Assembly (NCBI GenBank): GCA_029269845.2
Contig: CP149973.1
Coordinates: 510,001-542,000, forward strand
From: Opitutia bacterium KCR 482
GTDB taxonomy: Bacteria > Verrucomicrobiota > Verrucomicrobiia > Opitutales > Intestinicryptomonadaceae
Direction of reading: 5' to 3'
DNA length: 32,000 nt
The notes under the pieces are model-generated. The model saw only the letters and a program-made list of their open reading frames with translations, was not told the origin of the DNA and did no database searches. How positions within the stretch are numbered: position 1 is the first letter of the stretch; each line of letters starts with the position of its first letter. Below, one piece after another: positions 1 through 7,973 of the stretch. Both the position numbers and the translations under genes were made by a program.

Positions 1-1274
1 ATCGCCTTGCGCCCCTGATTCTCGAAGCCCTGCAAGGTGCGCACAACCTCCGACTTCGCGTAGAGCCAGTCCGCCTGCCTGTGCCCGCGCAGCCCCATTT
101 CGGGCGGATAAACAAAGAACATGCCGCCGAGCACGGGCACAACCTGCAATTTGTTTTTTGCGGCAAGGCGCACGGTTTCGTCGGCGACGGTCCACTCGTA
201 GACGCCCTCTTTCGGCTCAATCACGCGCCAGTTGAAGGGGTTGCCGCCGTCCCACATGCGCAGGTAGACAATGCCCGAATCGGCAAGATACGCAATTTCC
301 TCGGCGGTCGGGCAGCCCGACTCCCCGTTTGTGAACACGCCGCAGTAGCCCAAGTCTACGGGCAGGTCTCCCGCCGCAACCCTCATGCGGGGCGACACTG
401 CAAACGGAACGCAGCCCGATTTCTCGCCGTCCACGGAAAAATTCAAAACATACAATCCGTTTTTGTCGGGCGCATTGAAGACAAATTCTTTGGAAAAATC
501 CCCCGAGGGAAGCTCGATTTCCGCCGAACCTTTCGCGAGCACTTCCTCGGAATATTTCGGCGATACAAACCAGTCGAGCTTCGCCGTTTTTGCCGCGCCG
601 AAATTCCGCCCCGCAATGGCGGCGGAAACTTCCGCATTTTTGTCGAATATGGCGGCGTTCGAAACACACTCGGCGGAAAATCTTTTCGTAATTTTTTTTA
701 GGAACGAGGAATCAGCCGAAAGCTTCGTTTCGTCAATTAAAACCGAAAATTTAGGAGTTTCAACAGCCCCCGACTGCGGCACAAGGCGGAAGCCGGCAAA
801 GGACAGCCGCGCGGCGGCTTTCGAGACCTTCTCAAAACGGAGCGGCAGCCACTCGTCAAGAACCCGAAATCTTTTCATGTCGAGCTTGTACGAATACTTT
901 TTCCACTCCGTGCCGACGTCGAACTTCGCCAGCTGGTGGCGGTAGACGGTGTTGCCGTTTGCAAGCGCAAGCAGGCGGATTTGCAGCGGGTGCGACGCCT
1001 TAGCCGAAAACGAAATTTCGTAGACGCCATCGCGCGAAACGCGGACTTCCGAAAGGTTCAGCCCGCCGAGGCACGACTCTCCCGCGGAATATGAAAGCGA
1101 GTTTGCGGAGTCGGAAAATTTTTCGATTTTCACGCCGAGCGTCTCGGGCGCGGAATCGCTGAACCCGAAATCGAGCAAGCCGTTTTTGAGGTCGGCGTTT
1201 TTAATCAGATTCTGCGACGCGAACGCCGCCAAGCCCGCAAGCATATATACGATAAACAGTGTGCATTTTTTCAT
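1..1274 (-). CDS. Secreted glycoside-hydrolase-like protein (signal peptide, beta-rich N-terminal module, TIM-barrel-like region); 3' end runs off the window
   Basis: Absent from the supplied ORF track because it is open at the window edge. My translation of the minus strand from ATG (1274..1272) gives 424 stop-free codons: MKKCTLFIVYMLAGLAAFASQNLIKN...GIVYLRMWDGGNPFNWRVIEPKEGVYEWTVADETVRLAAKNKLQVVPVLGG. It has a hydrophobic signal peptide. The W..IEP.EG.Y.W block is typical of clan GH-A hydrolases (GH5/GH42-like). Listed plus-strand ORFs 81..701 and 385..945 look like antisense artefacts. Confidence 0.6.
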   Translation of the reverse strand, partial: MKKCTLFIVYMLAGLAAFASQNLIKNADLKNGLLDFGFSDSAPETLGVKIEKFSDSANSLSYSAGESCLGGLNLSEVRVSRDGVYEISFSAKASHPLQIRLLALANGNTVYRHQLAKFDVGTEWKKYSYKLDMKRFRVLDEWLPLRFEKVSKAAARLSFAGFRLVPQSGAVETPKFSVLIDETKLSADSSFLKKITKRFSAECVSNAAIFDKNAEVSAAIAGRNFGAAKTAKLDWFVSPKYSEEVLAKGSAEIELPSGDFSKEFVFNAPDKNGLYVLNFSVDGEKSGCVPFAVSPRMRVAAGDLPVDLGYCGVFTNGESGCPTAEEIAYLADSGIVYLRMWDGGNPFNWRVIEPKEGVYEWTVADETVRLAAKNKLQVVPVLGGMFFVYPPEMGLRGHRQADWLYAKSEVVRTLQGFENQGRKA

Positions 1275-1469
1275 GTGTATCCTCTTTTTATTTGAGCACA
1301 CAATAGCCCGACAAAGCCCGTATTGCAAGAATATTCGCCCTGCCGCAAGCGCGGGGAAACTTCCGCGGAGACGGGGCATGCGGAATTTGCACATTCGAAA
1401 AATCGTCTTGAACAATACGCGAATTTCCGTTTTTTGATTTTTTCAACGCAACACAAACACTATCTATAT

Positions 1470-3272
1470 ATGGGAAAAACAATGCCATTATTAGCCGCGC
1501 TCCTCGCGGCGTCGGGACTTTTTGCCGAAACCGCGGAAATCCGCACGCATTCGCAAAACGGCGCGGTCGAATCGAAAACCGTCAAACTCGAAAAAATCGG
1601 GGCGGACAAATTCCGACTTGCAATCCCGAAGTCGGACATCGGCAAAGACGCAAAATTCATAGACATAGTCGCCGAATTCGCAAAGGCGGACAAGGGCGAC
1701 GACGGCTACTGGATTATGCCGCGCGGCACTTACGGCAACTTCGACAAGGACAGCGGCGTCTACCGCCGCGGACGCCAGCTCATGCCGATTTTCGGAATGA
1801 AACGCGGCGAAAAAATGTTCTGGGGACACATGAAAACATACCGCTTCGACTACGAAGTAGTGGTCGAAGTCAAAAAGGGCAAATACGAAATATTCCCGCG
1901 AATCACCCTCGACACCGTCCGCAAATTCTTCGAGCCGTACGACGACGTCGTGGTCGAGTTCAACATGCTATCGGGCAAAGACGCCGACTACAACGGAATG
2001 GCGAAAGCCTACCAAAAATACCAGCTCGACCGCGGCGCGGTTCGCACAATCAAAGACCGCGCGAAAGACTTCCCGGAGCTTGAATACCTGTGCGAATCAA
2101 TAGTAATCAGAATCCAGACCCACTGCGCAAAACCGATTTCAGAAAAACGCATAGACTTCACAAAAGAGACCGAACTTCCCGTCATCGCGCACATGCCCTT
2201 CGGCGTGTCGGAGGAGTTCGTTAAGGCGATTAAGGATTCGGGAGTGGACAAGGCGACAATCGTCTCGGCGGGCTGGAACTACGGCGGCTACGACGGCAGA
2301 ACGCCCTCGCACTTCCCCGTGGAAATCACGGTCGGCGGCGAGGACGGGCTGAAAAGGCTATGCCAAAAAGTGCGCGAAATGGGCTACCAGTTCACGCTGC
2401 ACGCGACAAACACCGACGGCTACACGGTATCCCCGATGTGGAATCCCGACTGGGTCGGCAAACGCGCCGACGGCTCTTTCGACGTCGGCGGACTCTGGGC
2501 GGGCGGCAACTGCTACAATGTCTGCCAAAACTGCTCGTGGCACAAGTGGGTTCCCGCAGAGCTTAAAAAAATGCGCGACCTCGGCGCAAAAGGCCCGCAT
2601 TACATCGACGTGTATTCGGCAACCTACCCCAACCGCTGCGCCGACCCCAAGCACCCCGCAACCCCCGAACAAATGGCGGAATACCAAAATAAAATCCTCG
2701 CCGAAAGCAAACGGCTTTTCGGCGGCGCGGCAAGCGAGTCGGGCTACGACCACGTTGCGGGAAACCTCGACTACATCAACTATATCGAGCGCGACATAAA
2801 ACTGCTATGGGAGGGCAAGCAAAACAGACTCGTCGCTGGCGTGTATCCGCTTTGGGAACTTGTCTACCACGGAATCATTCTCTACAATTCCGACCGCGCA
2901 ACGCAAAACCACACGCGCGGCAAATGCACATACAGGATAGAAAAAAGCGGCGACCCGCGCTGGATGGAGGGCGACGGAATCGTAGACCCGAAAGTTTCGC
3001 TTAAAATCGTCGAATTCGGCGGACGCCCGATTTTCTATACATACAAGTTCGCCGACGTGCCGCGAATCAAACGCGCGTGGGACGAATTCAAACCCGTGCG
3101 CCACCTGCAAAAGGAAATGATGGTGCGCCACGACACCGTGGCCGACAACGTTTTCATCACGGAATTCGGCGACGGCAGCAAAATAGTAAGCAACTATAAC
3201 GAAAAGCCGTTCGTCTACAAGGGCGCGGAAATCAAGCCCGTAAACTACATACTAATCCCGCCGACAAAATAG
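1470..3272 (+). CDS. Secreted hypothetical protein (600 aa), possibly a glycoside-hydrolase-like TIM barrel
   Basis: ORF 1323..3272. Start moved to in-frame ATG 1470 (MGKTMPLLAALLAASGLFAETAE, signal peptide). Balanced composition throughout. The block GWNYGGYDGRTPSHFPVEITVGGEDGL...LHATNTDGY resembles GH-like/DUF families, but I cannot name the family with confidence. Confidence 0.75.
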   Translation: MGKTMPLLAALLAASGLFAETAEIRTHSQNGAVESKTVKLEKIGADKFRLAIPKSDIGKDAKFIDIVAEFAKADKGDDGYWIMPRGTYGNFDKDSGVYRRGRQLMPIFGMKRGEKMFWGHMKTYRFDYEVVVEVKKGKYEIFPRITLDTVRKFFEPYDDVVVEFNMLSGKDADYNGMAKAYQKYQLDRGAVRTIKDRAKDFPELEYLCESIVIRIQTHCAKPISEKRIDFTKETELPVIAHMPFGVSEEFVKAIKDSGVDKATIVSAGWNYGGYDGRTPSHFPVEITVGGEDGLKRLCQKVREMGYQFTLHATNTDGYTVSPMWNPDWVGKRADGSFDVGGLWAGGNCYNVCQNCSWHKWVPAELKKMRDLGAKGPHYIDVYSATYPNRCADPKHPATPEQMAEYQNKILAESKRLFGGAASESGYDHVAGNLDYINYIERDIKLLWEGKQNRLVAGVYPLWELVYHGIILYNSDRATQNHTRGKCTYRIEKSGDPRWMEGDGIVDPKVSLKIVEFGGRPIFYTYKFADVPRIKRAWDEFKPVRHLQKEMMVRHDTVADNVFITEFGDGSKIVSNYNEKPFVYKGAEIKPVNYILIPPTK

Positions 3273-3304
3273 CGCGGCAAATACAAGCAAACGTACACAC
3301 TGAT

Positions 3305-3330
3305 GGCGGCAGTTTCGCCGCCCTTTTCTT
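3305..3330 (+). terminator. Rho-independent terminator after 1470..3272
   Basis: GGCGGC-agtttc-GCCGCC hairpin followed by CTTTTCTT, about 30 nt after the stop codon. Confidence 0.55.
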
Positions 3331-3420
3331 GCGCCCCCCATTCCGCGCGGACTGTTTTTTGGACGTTCCCGATTCAGGGAAATAATGCTCGCTATTGGTA
3401 TGTATGCATTATATTGCGGA

Positions 3421-3869
3421 ATGAAGAAGATTACCGCTTTATTTATGGCGGCGACCGGCATTGCCTGCGCCCAAACATACAACTACGACGCGGCAAACGA
3501 AACTCTCGTTATAAAAGGAAAAGGCAACTCCGTTGCCGACCTGAACATTACAAGCTCGGTAGGCTCGCTTGAAATCGGCGCGGCTACGGGCGACATCTCG
3601 GCGACGGACGTTTCCAACGGGCTTAACGTAGGCGACGTCGGCAACGTCGGCAACGTGAACGTAAGCGGCACAAACGTAAACGTGCTCGACGGCAAAACCG
3701 TAAGCGGCAACATCGTTTCGACGACCGACTTTACGCTCACCAACGGCGGTTCGGCGCGGGCAGAGGCTACAACATCACCGAACAGTGGCGCGTCTATGCC
3801 GACTACGCCACGGAGATTTCGGGCGAAATCTACCACAACGTGAACGCGGGCATACAGTTCAGCTTCTAA
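3421..3869 (+). pseudogene. Frameshifted small secreted repeat protein with an outer-membrane beta-barrel-type C-terminus (autotransporter/Pmp-like remnant)
   Basis: Frame 1 (ATG 3421) reads MKKITALFMAATGIACAQ (signal) then ...GLNVGDVGNVGNVNVSGTNVNVLDGKTVSGNIVSTTDFTLTNGG. It degenerates into Arg/Pro/Thr junk and stops at 3843. Frame 0, from about 3750, reads FGAGRGYNITEQWRVYADYATEISGEIYHNVNAGIQFSF and stops at 3867..3869. That alternating-hydrophobic tail with terminal Phe is typical of OM beta-barrels. The frame switch lies at about 3745..3760. Confidence 0.4.
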
Positions 3870-3885
3870 AAAAACGCAGTGAGCA

Positions 3886-3921
3886 AAAATCCCAAATTGC
3901 GCAAGCTTTTCGGGATTTTTT
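3886..3921 (+). terminator. Putative rho-independent terminator
   Basis: AAAATCCC...GGGATTTT stem (18-nt loop) followed by a T-run, 17 nt after the frame-0 stop at 3869. This supports 3869 as the real gene end. Confidence 0.45.
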
Positions 3922-3943
3922 GCGCAATAAATTTACAATTTGT

Positions 3944-3971
3944 TTGACAGCTAAATCCGCCCCCGTAAAAT
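3944..3971 (+). promoter_or_regulatory. Near-consensus sigma70-type promoter abutting the start codon (implies a leaderless mRNA)
   Basis: TTGACA (3944..3949), 16-nt spacer, TAAAAT (3966..3971). The ATG of the next CDS is at 3978, only 6 nt after the -10 box, with no room for a Shine-Dalgarno. Confidence 0.45.
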
Positions 3972-3977
3972 AAAGTC

Positions 3978-5651
3978 ATGAACATTTATAAAAAGTTATT
4001 GATAGGATTGGTGTGCCCGCTTTTTGCGCTTTCGGCAAATGCGGAGGAAAAGAAGGAATGCTACGACGCCGACATCGTCGTTTACGGCGGAACGTCGGGA
4101 GCGGTTGTCTCGGCGATAAGGGCGGCGCAGTCGGGCAAGAAAGTGTTTCTTGTCTCGCCCGACACCAACCTCGGCGCGATGTCGAGTTCGGGTCTGGGAA
4201 TGACGGACTCCGGCAACACGGCGGCAATCGGCGGGCTTTCGCTCGAATTCTACAAGCGCGTCTACGCAGAATACCAAAAGGATTCCAACTGGTACGCCGA
4301 AAAACGCTCCGAATTCAAGGGGTACGGACAGGGCACAAAGGCAATCAGAGACCACGACAAAACCATGTGGATTTTCGAGCCGCGCATAGCGCTTACAGTG
4401 TTTAAAAACTGGCTCGCAGAACACCCCGAAATCGCCGTGCACCGCGGCGAATATCTCGACCGCGAAAACGGAGTCGAAAAGGTCGGCAAAAAGATAAAGT
4501 CAATCACTACGCTCAGCGGCAAAAAGTACCGCGCAAAAATGTTCATCGACGCTACGTTCGAGGGCGACCTCATGGCGGCGGCGGGCTGCAAATACACCGT
4601 AGGCCGCGAAAGCAACGCCCAGTACGGCGAAGACTTCAACGGATACCGCGGCACGCTCCGCCAAAACGGGCACTACTTCACCGCAAAAGTCGACCCCTAT
4701 AAAATCAAGGGCGACAAAAAAAGCGGACTGCTCAAATACGTTTCGGGAGAAAAACCGCCCAAAGACGGCTCGGCCGACAGGCGCGTTCAGGCGTACAACT
4801 ACCGCCTCTGCTTTACCGACTACGCCCCCAACAGGGTCGATTTGCCCGTGCCCGAAAACTACAACGCCGCCGACTACGAGCTGTGCGGACGCTGGTTCGA
4901 GGCAGACCCCGAAGCCTTCCCGCTCATCATTTCGAAAATGCCCAACGGCAAGACCGACATTAACAACAAAATGGCGTTCTCGACCGACTTCATCGGCGAA
5001 AACTACAACTATCCCGAAGCGTCCTACGAGGAACGCGCGAAAATCGCAAAGGCGCACAAAGACTACACACTCGGACTCTTCCACTTCTGGAAGACCGACC
5101 CGCGCACGCCCAAAAAATTCAGGCAGGCAATCGAAAAACTCGGACTCCCCAAGGACGAATTTGCCGACACGGGCAACTGGCCGTTCTACATGTACATTCG
5201 CGAGGCCCGCCGCATGGTCGGCGAATATGTCCTCACCCAGCACGACTGCCAGAACACCAAGATTTCGCCCGAACCTATCGGCATGGGCTCGTACACGCTC
5301 GACTCGCACAACACTTCGCGCTTCGTAGACGAAGACGGCTTTGTGCAAAACGAGGGCGACGTGCAGAGATCAATCCGCGCGTCGGGACCTTACCAGATTT
5401 CCTACGGCGTGATTGTCCCGCGCAAGGAAGACTGCCAAAACCTGTTCGTGACATGCGCGGTTTCGGCTTCGCACATCGCGTACGGCTCGCTTAGAATGGA
5501 ACCCGTATTCATGGTGCTGGGGCATTCCGCCGCCGCCGCCGCCGAACAGTGCATAAACAGGGACATCGCAGTTCAGGACGCCGACATGGACGACCTTCGC
5601 GACACCCTCGTCAAGGAAAAGCAGGTTTTGTGGCTGCCCAAAAAACGCTAA
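3978..5651 (+). CDS. Secreted FAD-dependent oxidoreductase (FAD_oxidored/GIDA-like fold)
   Basis: 557-aa ORF with N-terminal signal peptide MNIYKKLLIGLVCPLFALSANA. A dinucleotide-binding motif DADIVVYGGTSGAVVSAIRAAQSGKKVFLVSP follows the signal peptide. This family is commonly expanded next to glycan-degrading genes. Confidence 0.85.
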   Translation: MNIYKKLLIGLVCPLFALSANAEEKKECYDADIVVYGGTSGAVVSAIRAAQSGKKVFLVSPDTNLGAMSSSGLGMTDSGNTAAIGGLSLEFYKRVYAEYQKDSNWYAEKRSEFKGYGQGTKAIRDHDKTMWIFEPRIALTVFKNWLAEHPEIAVHRGEYLDRENGVEKVGKKIKSITTLSGKKYRAKMFIDATFEGDLMAAAGCKYTVGRESNAQYGEDFNGYRGTLRQNGHYFTAKVDPYKIKGDKKSGLLKYVSGEKPPKDGSADRRVQAYNYRLCFTDYAPNRVDLPVPENYNAADYELCGRWFEADPEAFPLIISKMPNGKTDINNKMAFSTDFIGENYNYPEASYEERAKIAKAHKDYTLGLFHFWKTDPRTPKKFRQAIEKLGLPKDEFADTGNWPFYMYIREARRMVGEYVLTQHDCQNTKISPEPIGMGSYTLDSHNTSRFVDEDGFVQNEGDVQRSIRASGPYQISYGVIVPRKEDCQNLFVTCAVSASHIAYGSLRMEPVFMVLGHSAAAAAEQCINRDIAVQDADMDDLRDTLVKEKQVLWLPKKR

Positions 5652-5677
5652 AAAGCGTCGGCAAATAACGGCTTGCG

Positions 5678-5706
5678 ACCGCCCGAAATTTCGGGCGGTT
5701 TTTTTG
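5678..5706 (+). terminator. Rho-independent terminator
   Basis: Perfect palindrome CCGCCCGAAA/TTTCGGGCGG followed by a run of 7 T, 27 nt after the stop at 5651. Confidence 0.7.
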
Positions 5707-5750
5707 CGGACACGCACGCCAAGCCCTGCGCCGCGCCGCCGAACCGCGCC

Positions 5751-6593
5751 CTACTCCGACAGCGCGGCGGCGGAGTCGGATTCCAGCGCGGACATGTCGA
5801 TGTCGTCTTTCAGCGCGGTGCCGCTTATTCCGCGCGCGCGCGACTCCTCCATCAGCAGGGAAAGCTTCCGCGCCGCCAAGTCTATCGGCATGCCCGACGG
5901 GCGGATATTCGAAATGCAGTTTCTGTCGGACTCCACGCTAGCCCACTTCGAGCGGTATGTGAAATACGCGCTCAGGCTGTCGGGCGAGCCGAGACCGGGG
6001 CGTTCGCCGACAAGGATAATCGTGTGCCTCGCGCCGAGGATTTCGTTGATGTCGTCCTGAATTTTCACGCGGGCGTAGGGAACGATGAACACGGGGTACG
6101 CCGACCAGTTCTCCTTGGGCAGGTATTTGAACAGCGCGATTGCGGTGTCGGAGGCATGGGCGTTTGCGGCGGTCGCCGAAAGCCCGTCGGAGACGACGAC
6201 CGCGAGGTCGCGGCGTCCCCATTTCGGGGCGAGTTCGGCGAGCGCGGCGCGGGACTCTTCGCAAAGCCTCCGCCCGGCGTCGGGGTTCATAAGATACGTC
6301 CGCTTGTCGGAAACCGTCGTGTGCAAAACGACGCTTTCGAAGCCCGCCTTTTCGAGCTTTTCGGCGATTTTTTCGGGAAAGAACTGCGCGTGAACAGCGT
6401 CGCGCGCGCGGGCGTGCGCAAGGCGGAAATCGAGAAGCGACGGCGTGCGCTGGCTGCCGCCCGCGCGTCCTATGCCGATTCGCGCGGAAGTGTATTTTTG
6501 AAGCCCGACCCACGGATCTGCGCCGCCAATTGCGTTGGGAAGCGAATTCGCGCGGAGGGGAACTTCGGAAATGTCAGTCGATGGCGTGTTCAT
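5751..6593 (-). CDS. eutC: Ethanolamine ammonia-lyase small (light) subunit
   Basis: 280 aa. Collinear by eye with E. coli EutC: ...RIGIGRAGGSQRT..LLDFRLAHARARDAV...VVVSDGLSATA...ILVGERPGLGSPDSLSAYFTY...DRNCISNIRPSG. The N-terminus is short, with no obvious microcompartment-targeting helix. The start overlaps the eutB stop by 20 nt. Confidence 0.9.
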   Translation of the reverse strand: MNTPSTDISEVPLRANSLPNAIGGADPWVGLQKYTSARIGIGRAGGSQRTPSLLDFRLAHARARDAVHAQFFPEKIAEKLEKAGFESVVLHTTVSDKRTYLMNPDAGRRLCEESRAALAELAPKWGRRDLAVVVSDGLSATAANAHASDTAIALFKYLPKENWSAYPVFIVPYARVKIQDDINEILGARHTIILVGERPGLGSPDSLSAYFTYRSKWASVESDRNCISNIRPSGMPIDLAARKLSLLMEESRARGISGTALKDDIDMSALESDSAAALSE

Positions 6594-7965
6594 AGTCGTT
6601 TAGAAATTTGTTGCTTCCGCCGACTTGCAAAACTTTGTTGTCGCGGAAAATTTTCATCTTTTCGAGCCACGCCTCGAATTCGGGCGCGGGGCGCAAGCCC
6701 AGCAGCTGGCGGGCGTAGAGAATGTCGTGGAACGACGTCGTCTGGTAGCCCAGCATGACGTCGTCGCAACCGGGAATACCCATGGCGTAGTTCAGCCCCG
6801 CGGCGGCGAGGAGCGTAAGGAGCGTGTCCATGTCGTCCTGATCCGCCTCGGCGTGGTTCGTGTAGCAGATGTCGCAGCCCATGGGGAGCCCGAGAAGCTT
6901 GCCGCAAAAATGGTCTTCAAGACCGGCGCGGATAATCTGCTTGCCGTCGTAGAGATATTCGGGCCCGATAAAGCCGACGACGGTGTTTACAAGAAGCGGG
7001 CGGAACTCGCGGGCGACGGCGTAGGCGCGGGCCTCGCACGTCTGCATGTCAACGTCCCAGTTTCCCTCGGCGGAGAGAGCCGACCCCTGCCCCGTCTCGA
7101 AGTACATCACGTTGTCGCCGACAGTGCCCCTGCGGAGGGAGAGAGCGGCCTCGTGCGCCTCGCGGATAAGCGAGAGGTTTATGCCGAAATTTTTGTTGGC
7201 GATTTCCGTGCCCGCAATCGACTGGAAAACCAAATCTACGGGCGCGCCGCGCTCCATGGCGGCTATCGCGTTGGTTATGTGCGAAAGCACGCAAGACTGC
7301 GTGGGGATTTCGTAGCGGTGCACAAGCTCGTCGATGAGTTTGAGGATTTCGGTCATCGCGGGGACGCTGTCGGTGGCGGGGTTTATGCCGATTACCGCGT
7401 CGCCGCTGCCGTACAGAAGCCCGTCGAGAATGCCCGAGGCTATCGCTTTGAGGTCGTCCGACGGATCGTTGGGTTGCAGGCGCGAGGAAAACCTGCCTTT
7501 AAGCCCGAGCGTGTCCCTGAACTTCGAAACCACCCTGCGCTTCGACGCAACGAGTATCAAATCCTGATTGCCCATGATTTTCGACACCGCCGCGACCATC
7601 TCTGGCGTAAGCCCCCATGTGAGCTTTTCGAGCGTTTCTCCGTCGGTCTCGTAGCGCAGAAGCCAGTCGCGGAACTCGCCGACGGTAAGCGACGAAACCG
7701 GCTCGAACGCCTTTTTGTCGTGGCGGTCGAGAATCAGCCGCGTTATCTCGTCCTCGTCGTAGGGAACCAGAGGCTCTTCGAGAAACAGGGAAAGGGGAAC
7801 GTCGGCAAGGCACATCTGCGCCGCCACGCGCTCCTCGTAGTCGGCGGCGGCAATCCCCGCAAGAACGTCGCCCGACCTCGCGGGCGACGCCTTTGCCGTC
7901 AACTCTTTCAACGAGCGGAAATTGTGCGTCTTTCCGCCCGTGCATATACTCCAAGTTTTCTTCAT
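6574..7965 (-). CDS. eutB: Ethanolamine ammonia-lyase large (heavy) subunit, adenosylcobalamin-dependent
   Basis: ORF 6574..8508 trimmed to in-frame ATG at 7965 (MKKTWSICTGGKTHNFRSLKELTAKASPARSGDVLAGIAA...), 463 aa. Strong collinear similarity to E. coli EutB: LQPNDPSDD, YFETGQGSALSA, VNTVVGFIGPEYLYDGKQIIRAGLEDHF, GCDICYTNHAEADQ. The upstream 181 codons overlap dctM and are Arg-rich junk. Confidence 0.93.
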   Translation of the reverse strand: MKKTWSICTGGKTHNFRSLKELTAKASPARSGDVLAGIAAADYEERVAAQMCLADVPLSLFLEEPLVPYDEDEITRLILDRHDKKAFEPVSSLTVGEFRDWLLRYETDGETLEKLTWGLTPEMVAAVSKIMGNQDLILVASKRRVVSKFRDTLGLKGRFSSRLQPNDPSDDLKAIASGILDGLLYGSGDAVIGINPATDSVPAMTEILKLIDELVHRYEIPTQSCVLSHITNAIAAMERGAPVDLVFQSIAGTEIANKNFGINLSLIREAHEAALSLRRGTVGDNVMYFETGQGSALSAEGNWDVDMQTCEARAYAVAREFRPLLVNTVVGFIGPEYLYDGKQIIRAGLEDHFCGKLLGLPMGCDICYTNHAEADQDDMDTLLTLLAAAGLNYAMGIPGCDDVMLGYQTTSFHDILYARQLLGLRPAPEFEAWLEKMKIFRDNKVLQVGGSNKFLNDYEHAID

Positions 7966-7973
7966 GGCAAGCT

